From NCBI GenBank assembly GCA_014859215.1, contig JACUUS010000001.1, positions 1 through 59,720 on the forward strand: a stretch of DNA of 59,720 nucleotides, given 5' to 3'. Every line of letters starts with the position of its first letter. The stretch's first letter is position 1. Below the pieces are notes generated by a model. It saw only the letters and a list, made by a program, of their open reading frames with translations, was not told where the DNA came from and made no database searches. This DNA comes from Dehalococcoidia bacterium (GTDB taxonomy: Bacteria; Chloroflexota; Dehalococcoidia; SZUA-161). Shown one piece after another: positions 10,091 through 19,766 of the stretch. The position numbers and the translations under genes were made by a program.

Positions 10091-13000
10091 TGCCCGGCCT
10101 CCAGCAGCTCCAGAAGACCTTCGAGGGGGACCGTGAGCCAATCGGGCCGGTTATTGAGCTCATAGCGAATCTCGTAGATTACCTTTTCCAGAAGAAAGGC
10201 ATCCAGAAGCGTCTTGAGGTCCTCGGGGTCTTCCGGGATCAGGTCGGCCTTCCTTATGTACTCGCAGTATGAGGAGAGGAACGCGGTTGAGACCCAGTGA
10301 TACCAGAACTTGCCCCACTGCTCGAGGGCAGGCAGGTCTTCAGGCCGGACCGGCAGGGCGGCCTGGTGCAGCAACACCGTATGTGTCGCGTATTCAAAAG
10401 AACGGATCATGCCCGCAACGTCCCTTAGCGGGGAACGTTTGAGTCGCCTCTCAGACAGGGGTCGAGCGGGTTCGCCTTCGAAGTCAATAATTACAAAGTC
10501 CTTCCCTGTAAAGAGGATCTGGCCGAGGTGGTAATCGCCGTGGCAGCGAATCCTTTGCGCCCGAATCTTGTGTCTCCTCAGCAAGCGGAAGCGATCAAGG
10601 ATCACGTCCTGAAGTTCGACGGCCTTTGCCGCCTTTTCCTGAATTTCAGAGGGCAAATGCCTTGTTTGCTGGCGCAGTAGCTGCAGATTCTGCGTGGTAA
10701 AACTCCGCAGGGCGTGGTAAACGGAGTTCTGATACATGTATGAGAAGAGTTCGGGGGCGAAGTCGGGATCATCCGGGATTGAAGCGAGAGCGGTGTGGAG
10801 CTCCGCGGTTCGCTGCCCAAGCAAATTCGCTGAGTCAAGATACGGGCCGATAGTCTCCAACGCCAGTTGTGGAATCTCGTGGCTTAAGGGTAACAACGGC
10901 TTGAGGGGAACAGGGGGGACCTGGACGGTGGGGTGAGTGAGGGCGTACTCGAAGTACCGGCCCAGGAAATCTATCGTGTACTGCCAGGCATCGCCTTCAT
11001 TGGGAATGAATCCCTGCAGAATTCCGAGGCTCAGCAGTTCGGGGCCCCGCCGGTATTCGAGGGAGCCCGCTACAGGAGCGATATTCGGAAAAGGCGTACG
11101 TTGAGTCAGAAAACGCCCTATCTCCAGGTCCGGATTGAGTCCGTTCTCAAGACGCCGGTATATTTTCAGGATGAGACGGTCTCCATATATGATGGAGGTA
11201 TTGGTCTGCTCCGCCTTGACCGTGGATGGCTCCAGGTGTTCTTCTGGTCCGCGCAGCTTCTTGAAAGCCCTTGAGGGAAGCGCGAGGGCCCTGCCGTTTT
11301 CCCCCCGGAACCGTCTCCGCCTTCCGATAGATTCAAGCAATGAGGTGCAGAATGATTTATCGATTAAGGCATCGTAGAGGACCATTTCCCGGTCGCCAGT
11401 TCTGAGCCGTTTTCGGACGCGCGCAATGATTGCGTCAGAGCCCTCGGCCGCGATCTCCGCGCGGCTTTCGGCGGGTGCGAGTATCAGCGGCAGAAGGTAC
11501 ACTTCCGGCTCTTCTTCCGTGTAGTCCACGCGCAAAAGGACAAGGCTGGCTATGGTGGTGTCGAAGTTCAAAGGGACCACGTCCACGATTTCTGTCGATT
11601 GAATTACCCTGGCCTTCCCGCGGAACCATCGGCGGTCTCTTATATAATCAGCCAGAATGCCCTGAAGGAAGGCGCGGTTTTCCTTATCGAAGATATCATC
11701 GCCTCTGATAGTCACGGCGCGTGTTTCCAGCACTGCCTCGAGGGGCCTGGGCTCGGCACGGATAGTGGTGACCTGCTCCTGCTCGAGCGAGAACCAGAAG
11801 AAAGCGTACGGCCCCAGTGTCAGGCTGTATCGTTCAGACGTAATTTGGGCGAATCGGGCACGCCCAAAAATGTCGACCGGCACCCTTCCTGCGAACTGGG
11901 AAAGGTCAAGATGAGTCTGCTGCGCCGCTCGCGACAAATTAGCGACCACAAGGACAGTTTCATTCTCGTATTTCCTGAAGAATGCCAGTATCTTACGGTT
12001 TTCCGGAAACAGGAACTCAAGGGTACCTCTTCCAAATGCCTTGTATCTCTTGCGAAGCGCAAGAATGCGCTTCGTCCACCACAGAAGGGAGTCAGGGTTG
12101 TTCTGCTGATTCTCTACATTTATGGCCTCGTAATGGTGTTCTGGATCAATTATGGGAGGCAGGTACAGTCTTTGCGGATTGGTGCGGGAGAAACCGGCAT
12201 TTCGATCCGGGCTCCACTGCATAGGCGTGCGGACGCCGTTTCGGTCGCCCAGATAGAAGTTGTCACCCATGCCTATTTCGTCCCCGTAGTAAATAACAGG
12301 CGTTCCTGGAAGGGAGAAGAGGAGGCATTTCATGAGCTCGATCTTCTTGCGATCACTGTTCAGCAGGGGGGCGAGCCGGCGGCGTATGCCAAGGTTCAAC
12401 CTGGCGACAGGATCGTGCGCGTAAACACGGTACATATAGTCTCTCTCTTCATCGGTGACCATCTCGAGTGTCAACTCATCGTGGTTGCGAATGAAGAGCG
12501 CCCACTGGCAATTGGGCGGGATATCGGGAGTCTGCTGGATAATATCTATGATAGGGAATCGATCCTCGAGCCGGATAGCCATGAACATGCGGGGCATCAG
12601 CGGAAAATGGAAAGCCATGTTCGCTTCGTCTCCCTCGCCGAAGTAGGAGACTGCCTCTTCGGGCCACTGGTTAGCTTCCGCAAGACACATGCGGGCTTTG
12701 AACCGGCTATCGATGAATTTCCGGAACCGTTTCAGGAACTGGTGTGTCTCCGCCAGATTCTCGCAGTTGGTCCCCTCACGCTCGAACAGGTAGGGCACCG
12801 CGTCAACGCGCAGCCCGTCGACGCCCATGCGCAGCCAGAAGTCAACTATGCGCAGGATGGCTCGCTGAACAAGCGGGCTGTCATAATTGAGGTCCGGCTG
12901 GTGCGAGTAGAAGCGATGCCAGTAATAGGCTTTGGCTGTAGGGTCCCAGTCCCAGTTTGATGTCTCGAAATCCTTGAATATTATGCGCGCGTCCCTGTAT

Positions 13001-13440
13001 TTCTCGGGGGAATCGCTCCACACGTAGAAGTCGCGCCACCTGCTTTGAGCTCTGGCCTGGCGGGCACGCTGAAACCAGGGATGCTGGTCAGATGTATGAT
13101 TCAGGACTAGCTCGGTAATTACCTTTATGCCGCGCTTGTGCGCCTCATCCACGAAAAGCCTGAAATCGGGCAAACGTCCATAGACCGGGAGAATATTCGT
13201 ATAGTCCGAGATGTCGTAGCCATCATCCTTGAGGGGTGAGGGATAGAACGGCAACAGCCAGACTGCCGTGACGCCCAGGTCCTGCAGGTAGTCGAGCTTG
13301 TCAATAAGGCCCGCGAAATCGCCCACGCCGTCTCCATCGCTATCTGAGAAGGCGCGAACGTGCAGTTCGTATATTATCGCATCCTTATACCAGAGGGGGT
13401 CTTCATCAATCCACAAAGAGTCTGTATTCTGTTTGACCAT
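10087..13440 (-). CDS. treS: trehalose synthase / maltokinase fusion (TreS-Pep2/Mak)
   Basis: 1117 aa. The N-terminal half is a GH13 TreS (WYKDAIIYELHVRAFSDSDGDGVGDF, GVDGLRVDAVPYL, IRNHDELTLE). The C-terminal ~450 aa is a maltokinase-type kinase (HGDYHLGQILFTGKDFVIIDFEGEP). Confidence 0.9.
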   Translation of the reverse strand: MVKQNTDSLWIDEDPLWYKDAIIYELHVRAFSDSDGDGVGDFAGLIDKLDYLQDLGVTAVWLLPFYPSPLKDDGYDISDYTNILPVYGRLPDFRLFVDEAHKRGIKVITELVLNHTSDQHPWFQRARQARAQSRWRDFYVWSDSPEKYRDARIIFKDFETSNWDWDPTAKAYYWHRFYSHQPDLNYDSPLVQRAILRIVDFWLRMGVDGLRVDAVPYLFEREGTNCENLAETHQFLKRFRKFIDSRFKARMCLAEANQWPEEAVSYFGEGDEANMAFHFPLMPRMFMAIRLEDRFPIIDIIQQTPDIPPNCQWALFIRNHDELTLEMVTDEERDYMYRVYAHDPVARLNLGIRRRLAPLLNSDRKKIELMKCLLFSLPGTPVIYYGDEIGMGDNFYLGDRNGVRTPMQWSPDRNAGFSRTNPQRLYLPPIIDPEHHYEAINVENQQNNPDSLLWWTKRILALRKRYKAFGRGTLEFLFPENRKILAFFRKYENETVLVVANLSRAAQQTHLDLSQFAGRVPVDIFGRARFAQITSERYSLTLGPYAFFWFSLEQEQVTTIRAEPRPLEAVLETRAVTIRGDDIFDKENRAFLQGILADYIRDRRWFRGKARVIQSTEIVDVVPLNFDTTIASLVLLRVDYTEEEPEVYLLPLILAPAESRAEIAAEGSDAIIARVRKRLRTGDREMVLYDALIDKSFCTSLLESIGRRRRFRGENGRALALPSRAFKKLRGPEEHLEPSTVKAEQTNTSIIYGDRLILKIYRRLENGLNPDLEIGRFLTQRTPFPNIAPVAGSLEYRRGPELLSLGILQGFIPNEGDAWQYTIDFLGRYFEYALTHPTVQVPPVPLKPLLPLSHEIPQLALETIGPYLDSANLLGQRTAELHTALASIPDDPDFAPELFSYMYQNSVYHALRSFTTQNLQLLRQQTRHLPSEIQEKAAKAVELQDVILDRFRLLRRHKIRAQRIRCHGDYHLGQILFTGKDFVIIDFEGEPARPLSERRLKRSPLRDVAGMIRSFEYATHTVLLHQAALPVRPEDLPALEQWGKFWYHWVSTAFLSSYCEYIRKADLIPEDPEDLKTLLDAFLLEKVIYEIRYELNNRPDWLTVPLEGLLELLEAGQ

Positions 13441-13513
13441 GGGAACGGCTCCAAATCAATGCCTGACTGGCGGCATTACTGTTTACGGTGCTATCTTGAC
13501 CAGGTACGGTGCG

Positions 13514-13879
13514 CTACTCCCGGAGCGAAGTCCGTATGCTGTCCAGAATCCCCTCCACGCTGACTGGTTTGATCAACAGCGCTGTAGCGCCGTGTGTGAT
13601 GCTCTGTTTCTGCATGGCGGGGCTCCGCTTCTGCGAAATCAATACAAAGGGTATCCTGGCGTCACGCAATTGCTGACACCGGTCCCAGATTTCTTCGGGA
13701 AAACCGGATAGATCGATAACAGCTATTGATATGGAATGGATATTCTTGAGATGCCGGTCTACTTCTTCAAGACAGGCGGCGCGAAGGGTGTCGAAACCCT
13801 CACATTTCAGCCGTTCACCAAGCAGGTCGAGACTCTGGCTATCCGTGGCCACGAGGAGTACGGTGCGTTTGTCAGGCAT
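13514..13879 (-). CDS. stand-alone response-regulator receiver (REC) domain protein
   Basis: 121 aa with no output domain. It keeps the phospho-acceptor context (AVIDLSG), the T/S position (VLIS) and the K-P pair (LLIKP). The N-terminal acidic pair is reduced to TD. Confidence 0.75.
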   Translation of the reverse strand: MPDKRTVLLVATDSQSLDLLGERLKCEGFDTLRAACLEEVDRHLKNIHSISIAVIDLSGFPEEIWDRCQQLRDARIPFVLISQKRSPAMQKQSITHGATALLIKPVSVEGILDSIRTSLRE

Positions 13880-13882
13880 GTT

Positions 13883-15910
13883 TCACTCCGCTGCCTCGCC
13901 GGCTTCCTGCTTTCTCATCCCCGGGTTGCGAACGGGTTCGCCGGGCCGCGCGCGTGAAGGCAATCTGAAAATGTGCGCTGGATATGTGCGCGGATTGAGC
14001 TCGATATAGTTCCAGCTCCCCTTCCAGGTATAGTGGGATTCATTCAGGATATCATGCACCTGGTACGGTTCATTTTCTGGCAGCCCCAATTCGGCAAGGG
14101 GCAGTTCTACCCACCCGGACTGAGTGTGACAAGTGTCCAGGTTCACGACGACCAGTACTACATTTGAAAGGTCTGCCGTACTCTTGCTATAGGCCAGGAC
14201 CTGGTCATTATCAATGCGGTGAAATCGAAGGCTCCAGTCACTTTGCAGGGCCGCATTCTGCCGCCGGGCCAAATTGACCTGCGTGATGAAGTCCTTCAGG
14301 CTGTCCGGCCTTTCTATTTCCCAGTGCTTGATCTCGTACTTCTCGGAATCCAGGTATTCCTCACTTCCAGCCTGCCTGGGCTGGTTGACCTGGAGTTCGT
14401 ATGCGGGTCCATAAATTCCATAATTGGCCCCCAGGGTGGCTGCCAGGACCAGGCGTATCATGAATGCGGGCCGGCCGCCGGTCTGTAGATAGTGTATCAG
14501 AATATCAGGCGTGTTTGTCCACAGGCTGGGCCGGAAAAACTCGCGCACTTCAGTCCTGGTGAGTTCAGTGAAATAGTCGATGAATTCGGACTTGGAGACA
14601 CGCCACGCGAAGTAGGTATAGGATTGGGTGAATCCCAGCTTCGCCAGCCTGTACATGATCTTGGGTCGGGTGAAGGCTTCTGAGAGAAAAATGACCTCCG
14701 GATAGTCTTCTTTGACACCGGAAATAAGCCATTCCCAGAAACCGAACGGCTTTGTATGAGGGTTGTCCACCCTGAAAATGCGGACCCCCTGCTCGATCCA
14801 GAACATGACCACGCTCTTTAGCTCTTCCCATAGGGCTTCCCAGTTGGGGGTGTCGAAATTGAGCGGGTAAATATCCTCGTACTTCTTGGGAGGGTTCTCG
14901 GCGTATTGAATGGTGCCATCCGGACGCCATGAGAACCACTCCGGGTGCTCTTTGACGTATGGATGGTCCGGTGAGCAGTTGAATGCCAGGTCCAGGGCCA
15001 CTTCGATGTCGTAATCAGCAGCCCTGGACATGAAGTTGCGGAAATCCTCCAGGGTGCCAAGTTCCGGATTCACCGCCTTGTGGCCGCCTTTTTTTGAACC
15101 AATGGCCCAGGGGGTGCCGGGATCTCCGTCCGCCGCAAAGGGTACGTTGTTCTTCCCTTTCCGGCGAGTACCGCCGATCGGATGTATGGGCGGGAAGTAA
15201 ACAACGTCGAAACCCATCGCAGATACGTAGGGGAGACGTCTTTCGCAGTCGGCGAACGTTCCATGTTTGCCCGGTACGAGCGCGCACGATCGCGGGAACA
15301 TTTCGTACCAGCTTCCGAATCGGGCCCTTTCCCGGTCGACGCGCACCTCCAGCTCTCTCGGGTAGACTACAGCACGGTCCCTGTTAATATACCTCGTCAT
15401 CAAGAGGGACAGGTCTTCGCTGAGGGCGATTTCCACTTTGGAGGCTTCCGAAACCGCGCCTGACCTGAGAGAGCCCGCCCATTCCTGAAGGCCGGGTGAG
15501 TCCAGGGGAGAAGCGCGCCCTGCCGCGTCTTCGATCAGGTCCGCCCCGATCCGAAGTTCGATTGAAAGGTCCTGCCCGGCGTCGAGCCTCTTTTTCAGAT
15601 CCTTTCTCCAGGTCTGGAACGCGTCTATCATACCCATCAGCGTGAAGCGGTAGGGAGCGCACTCATTGACGAAGAAGGATGCCCGCCATCGATCATTGAC
15701 CAGGAACGTCATAGGGACTTCGACCCACACTGGATCGGTTGATTTTCGATACAGCAAAATAGCGAAGAGAGAGTCGTGCCCATCTGCGAATACATCCGCT
15801 TCCACCACCACCTTCTCGCCGACGACACGCTTGATGGGAAAACGACCGCCGTCTATCTCGGGATACACCCTGTCTATAACGACTCTCGTAGTGTACTTAT
15901 CGAGCTTCAT
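13883..15910 (-). CDS. glgE: alpha-1,4-glucan:maltose-1-phosphate maltosyltransferase (GlgE)
   Basis: 675 aa. It has the GlgE N-domain (IDRVYPEIDGGRFPIKRVVGEKVVVEADVFADGHD) followed by GH13_3 blocks (GFDVVYFPPIHPIG, IFRVDNPHTKP). Confidence 0.9.
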   Translation of the reverse strand: MKLDKYTTRVVIDRVYPEIDGGRFPIKRVVGEKVVVEADVFADGHDSLFAILLYRKSTDPVWVEVPMTFLVNDRWRASFFVNECAPYRFTLMGMIDAFQTWRKDLKKRLDAGQDLSIELRIGADLIEDAAGRASPLDSPGLQEWAGSLRSGAVSEASKVEIALSEDLSLLMTRYINRDRAVVYPRELEVRVDRERARFGSWYEMFPRSCALVPGKHGTFADCERRLPYVSAMGFDVVYFPPIHPIGGTRRKGKNNVPFAADGDPGTPWAIGSKKGGHKAVNPELGTLEDFRNFMSRAADYDIEVALDLAFNCSPDHPYVKEHPEWFSWRPDGTIQYAENPPKKYEDIYPLNFDTPNWEALWEELKSVVMFWIEQGVRIFRVDNPHTKPFGFWEWLISGVKEDYPEVIFLSEAFTRPKIMYRLAKLGFTQSYTYFAWRVSKSEFIDYFTELTRTEVREFFRPSLWTNTPDILIHYLQTGGRPAFMIRLVLAATLGANYGIYGPAYELQVNQPRQAGSEEYLDSEKYEIKHWEIERPDSLKDFITQVNLARRQNAALQSDWSLRFHRIDNDQVLAYSKSTADLSNVVLVVVNLDTCHTQSGWVELPLAELGLPENEPYQVHDILNESHYTWKGSWNYIELNPRTYPAHIFRLPSRARPGEPVRNPGMRKQEAGEAAE

Positions 15911-16001
15911 AAGATTTGGAGTACGCCGGAAGCGCTTCCTTTCCTCTGGGGGAATCGTGTCTGCCCGGTGGCCCTGCTGGATGCGGAATTCGCGCAGTTA
16001 G

Positions 16002-16030
16002 ATGATAAATCAGGCAACAGAAGTCTTCAA
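16002..16030 (-). promoter_or_regulatory. candidate sigma70-type promoter for the glgE-to-treY operon
   Basis: The minus strand reads TTGAAG (16030-16025), a 17-nt spacer, then TATCAT (16007-16002). It lies about 90 nt upstream of the glgE ATG. Confidence 0.3.
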
Positions 16031-16115
16031 GGCCATTGTCATAGAATCAGGTAACACCAGGTTGGAATATCGTACTGATAAGTGGCCGCAGACGGAGAAA
16101 AATGCAGGCACGGCT

Positions 16116-18248
16116 TCAATCGACGTGGATGCTTTCCCGGGGCGAGGCAGCAGCCGGCATGTACATATCGTTTGTGTACTCCTTCATCATGCGCCGTGTA
16201 CAGAAAAGGGGCGCCACAGTCCGGATGGCCTCCTTCACTATCTGCACCCAGCGGTGCGGGACTCCCGCCCGGTCGCGATCATAGAAACAGGGTACAATCT
16301 CTTCTTCAAGCAGGCGATACAGGGCCCGCGAATCTGCTTCATCTTCCAGCGCGCGGTCCTCAAGGTCGCCGCCTATAGCCCAGCCGTTCGTGTTCTTGTA
16401 GCCCTCGTGCCACCAACCGTCCCGTACGCTGAGATGCGGTACCCCGTTGATGGAGGCCTTCATGCCGCTTGTACCGCTTGCCTCCCAGAGCCGCCGGGGA
16501 GTATTGAGCCAGACATCCACTCCGGAGACAAGATACCTGGACATGTGCATATCGTAGTCTTCAATAAAGATAATACGACCGTGGAAGTCCCGGCTGCCGG
16601 CCAACTGGTAGACCTGGTGAAGCAGATGTTTTGCGGGGGTATCGGCCGGGTGTGACTTGCCGGCAAAGACTATCTGCACGGGGCGGGAGGGATCGGTGAT
16701 AATCCGTTTCAACCTCTGAATGTCACGGAATATGAGGCCTGGTCTCTTATACTCTACGAAGCGGCGAACAAATCCGAGGGTCAGGTAATCCGGATGGAAG
16801 AGCGCCCCCGTAGCGATGACCTGATCGGCTGTCATTTCGCCGTTCGCCCAACCTCTCTGGAAACGGTTGAATATGACCGCCATAAGCTTATGCTTGAGCA
16901 GATTCCGCACTTCCCACAGTTCCTCATCCGGCATTTCGTTCACGTGCGCCCAGATCTCCTCTTCGTCCTGTTTCTGAAGCCATTCCGGCCCGAGATATTT
17001 CTTGAAGAGCGTGGCCATCTCAGGGGCGACCCATGTACAGAGGTGTATTCCATTAGTGATATGCGAAATGGGTACGGATTCTTCGCTTGCTTCCGGCCAC
17101 AGGACGTGCCACATTCTCCGGGAAACCATGCCGTGCAGCCGGCTCACGCCATTGCGGCGGTTGGACATCTTGAGGGCCAGTATGGTCATGTTGAAGGTAG
17201 GATCAAGCTTGCCGTCTCTGCGCCCCAACTGAAGGAACTGGTCGCGGTCAATGCCAAGTTGTTGCCAGCTGGCGGCAAAGTACTTCTCAACCAGTTCGGC
17301 AGGGAAAATATCGTGACCGGCCGGGACCGGGGTGTGGGTTGTGAAGACTGTGTTAGCCTGTACGCTGCCAATCGCCTCGGCCATGGGGGTCCCGGTCTCA
17401 AGTTTCTCCCTGATACGTTCCAACATCATAAAACCGGGATGGCCCTCGTTGGCGTGCCAGACTTCCGGGTTAATACCGAGCGCCCGCAATACCTTGACTC
17501 CAGCTACCCCAAGCACGATCTCCTGCTGAAGGCGGGTTTCCTGGTCTGCCACGTAAAGGCGCGAGGATAAGAGGCGGTCCTGGAGGCTGTTTTCCTCTAC
17601 ATTTGTATCGAGCAGGTAAAGGTTGACCCGGCCGATGCGGACTCTCCACGCGCTGACGTACAATCTCTTGTCTCCCACCGGGACTTCGACCATGAGCTTA
17701 TTGCGTCCGGGAAGGAAAAGCTGCTCTATTGGCGTCTCGTCGAAGTTCAACTGCTCGTAGAGCTCCTTCTGCCAGCCATCGGGTGTGATTCGCTGGTGGA
17801 AATAGCCCTGTGGGTACATAAATCCGACCCCGACGAGGGGCAAACCCAGGTCGCTGGCTTCTTTACAGATGTCGCCTGCCAGGATTCCCAGTCCGCCGGC
17901 GTAAATGGGGAGCGAATTGTGAATTGCGAATTCCATGGAAAAATAGGCTATAGGTCCTCGCAGCAAGCCCGAGTTCGTTTTGTGAAACCAGGTGTCATCG
18001 CCCTTTGTATCGGCATCGAACGCGGTCAAGACAGAGTCATGGAGTCTGAGGAATACAGGGTCGGCGGCAGCCTGCCGAAGACGTTCCGGACTCATTTCCT
18101 GAAGCTGTTTTACCGGGTTATGCCCGCTGGACTTCCACAGGGGGTTATCGAGGGTCTGGAAAAGGTCCCGTGCTTCGGGATGCCAGCTCCACCAGAGGTT
18201 ATGCGCAAGCTCAAGCAACCGGCTTATTCGGTCCGGTATTGGAATCAT
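16116..18248 (-). CDS. glgP: alpha-glucan phosphorylase (GT35, GlgP/maltodextrin phosphorylase type)
   Basis: 710 aa. The N-terminus reads LAHNLWWSWHPEARDLF. It also contains IAYFSMEFAIHNSLPIYAGGLGILAGD and the pyridoxal-Lys region EASGTSGMKA. Confidence 0.9.
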   Translation of the reverse strand: MIPIPDRISRLLELAHNLWWSWHPEARDLFQTLDNPLWKSSGHNPVKQLQEMSPERLRQAAADPVFLRLHDSVLTAFDADTKGDDTWFHKTNSGLLRGPIAYFSMEFAIHNSLPIYAGGLGILAGDICKEASDLGLPLVGVGFMYPQGYFHQRITPDGWQKELYEQLNFDETPIEQLFLPGRNKLMVEVPVGDKRLYVSAWRVRIGRVNLYLLDTNVEENSLQDRLLSSRLYVADQETRLQQEIVLGVAGVKVLRALGINPEVWHANEGHPGFMMLERIREKLETGTPMAEAIGSVQANTVFTTHTPVPAGHDIFPAELVEKYFAASWQQLGIDRDQFLQLGRRDGKLDPTFNMTILALKMSNRRNGVSRLHGMVSRRMWHVLWPEASEESVPISHITNGIHLCTWVAPEMATLFKKYLGPEWLQKQDEEEIWAHVNEMPDEELWEVRNLLKHKLMAVIFNRFQRGWANGEMTADQVIATGALFHPDYLTLGFVRRFVEYKRPGLIFRDIQRLKRIITDPSRPVQIVFAGKSHPADTPAKHLLHQVYQLAGSRDFHGRIIFIEDYDMHMSRYLVSGVDVWLNTPRRLWEASGTSGMKASINGVPHLSVRDGWWHEGYKNTNGWAIGGDLEDRALEDEADSRALYRLLEEEIVPCFYDRDRAGVPHRWVQIVKEAIRTVAPLFCTRRMMKEYTNDMYMPAAASPRESIHVD

Positions 18249-18383
18249 TGTCAGAACTCTTGTCCGTACTTACCTAAATCTGGAGATATGTATATAGCGT
18301 ATCCTATCGAGGAGCAAAAGTCCAGGTGTTTGCAGCTTTGATTCGGCTTTCTCTGATCGGAGAATGGACTCTGCCCTGAGCGA

Positions 18384-19766
18384 CTATTCGTCTGACGGGC
18401 TGCCGATGGGCGTCTCCCCGAGCTTGGCATCATAGGACTCCAGAGCCCTGCCGGTGTCCGAGAGGATCTCTTCGGCATTGCCAAACTCCTTCTCCCAGGT
18501 GCGGCTCCTGGCAACCGTCTTGAATCGCTCATAGCCCTCCCTCGCCGTCTTCGCCAGAACAGCAAGGGGCATCCCGCCAAGGACAAGGTAGACATCGACG
18601 CGGTCAGAACTCCTGTCGATCTGAGAAAGCTGGACTGTGCTGCCCTTCAGGCGGGGAAAGGTCTCCTTGTTCCACCTGTTTATCTCGGAGCGCAAGGTTT
18701 GTTCATGCATGGAGGCGGCAACCTTTTCGGGAACATTGACGACCATGTGTGACAGGGTGATCTCTTGCCTGTCCACTGGCGCAAGCGGGCACAGGAGCGC
18801 GCTCTCGAGGATATTCCGGATACTGCCGAAGATTTCGAGGCTGCGCCCGATGGCCACGCAGGGCACAAAAGCATGTATGCCAAGAGACCTGCTCATCTTG
18901 GCAAGGTAGCCGGGTTCAGTGTGACCGCGTCCTGATACGGTCACCGTACCGGCCAGTGCTCCAAGAAGGCGAGAAACGAGTTCTTCCCTGGCAATCTCTT
19001 CGCCAGCTTCACCCACTCCGCGGATCTTCATCAAGCGATCGTGCTCAACGAGCACCACCATGTCGGCGACCGGGCCCCGTTCCAGGTCGATCAGCCTTGA
19101 CAGTGAGCAGACCGCATTGAACTGAGCGCCGTCCTGTTCAGTGGCCGCGGGCATGAGGGCGATTACGAGAGTCCTGGCGTGCGAATTATGGCATCGGGCT
19201 CGCTCAAGTATACAGGGGCTGGCCCCGCTGCCTGTTCCTCCGCCGAGAGCGGAAAGCAGAAAGACAGCCTGTTTGCGTACCGTTGACCGTATACCGGAGC
19301 GGAGCAGCCGATCATCCAGCCCAGGGTCGCCGCACGCCAGTTGCTGCCCGAGACCGAAGTACCCGACCTGTTTGCCCGCAGTACCGGGCAGCAGATGCAG
19401 CGAAAGAGGTGAAATAACATAATCCTTGCTCGCTCCCGTTTCCGGGATCAAGCCGGCAAGGTGCCTCGCTTCTCCCGAGGCATCTATCATCAGGAACCCG
19501 GAGTTCTTGAGGTCGCGTCGGGATGCCTGGAAGAAGTTCTGGACTAACCTGCAGCCCTGGTCGCCCACGCCCATGAAAATTCGCTCCCGGGCAAACTTCA
19601 GACGCTTTTCTTCATCCCCCAGAGCCTTGAGGAGAAGATCGAGCTCGGTCTCACAGTCTATCACAGGCAGACCGCAGACAGGGCAGGGCGCCGAATCGTC
19701 CTGGCACTGGTGACTGTTCGGGCAGAAAATTGTCTTCTTCTCGGTGTACTGTGTCGCCATCGTCAA
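18384..19766 (-). CDS. FtsZ/tubulin-superfamily GTPase-like protein with N-terminal 4-Cys zinc ribbon (paralogue B)
   Basis: - 460 aa, starting with a CPNSHQC...CPVCG zinc ribbon.
- T1-like loop: MGVGDQGCR.
- T3-like loop: GYFGLGQQ.
- Exact tubulin signature GGGTGSG (aa 175-181, nt 19224-19244).
- FtsZ-like VVLVEHDRL segment.
- FtsZ C-domain-like end: HMVVNV...VDVYLVLGG.
- The tracked start is TTG at 19766. An ATG at 19760 is an equally good start. Confidence 0.7.
   Translation of the reverse strand: MTMATQYTEKKTIFCPNSHQCQDDSAPCPVCGLPVIDCETELDLLLKALGDEEKRLKFARERIFMGVGDQGCRLVQNFFQASRRDLKNSGFLMIDASGEARHLAGLIPETGASKDYVISPLSLHLLPGTAGKQVGYFGLGQQLACGDPGLDDRLLRSGIRSTVRKQAVFLLSALGGGTGSGASPCILERARCHNSHARTLVIALMPAATEQDGAQFNAVCSLSRLIDLERGPVADMVVLVEHDRLMKIRGVGEAGEEIAREELVSRLLGALAGTVTVSGRGHTEPGYLAKMSRSLGIHAFVPCVAIGRSLEIFGSIRNILESALLCPLAPVDRQEITLSHMVVNVPEKVAASMHEQTLRSEINRWNKETFPRLKGSTVQLSQIDRSSDRVDVYLVLGGMPLAVLAKTAREGYERFKTVARSRTWEKEFGNAEEILSDTGRALESYDAKLGETPIGSPSDE

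Noticed and set aside
15928-15939. 12-nt palindrome GGAAGCGCTTCC between glgP and glgE, considered as a possible terminator or operator
   Set aside because: As an RNA hairpin it would have only about a 4-bp stem and no U-tract. A short GC-rich palindrome like this is expected by chance in this composition.
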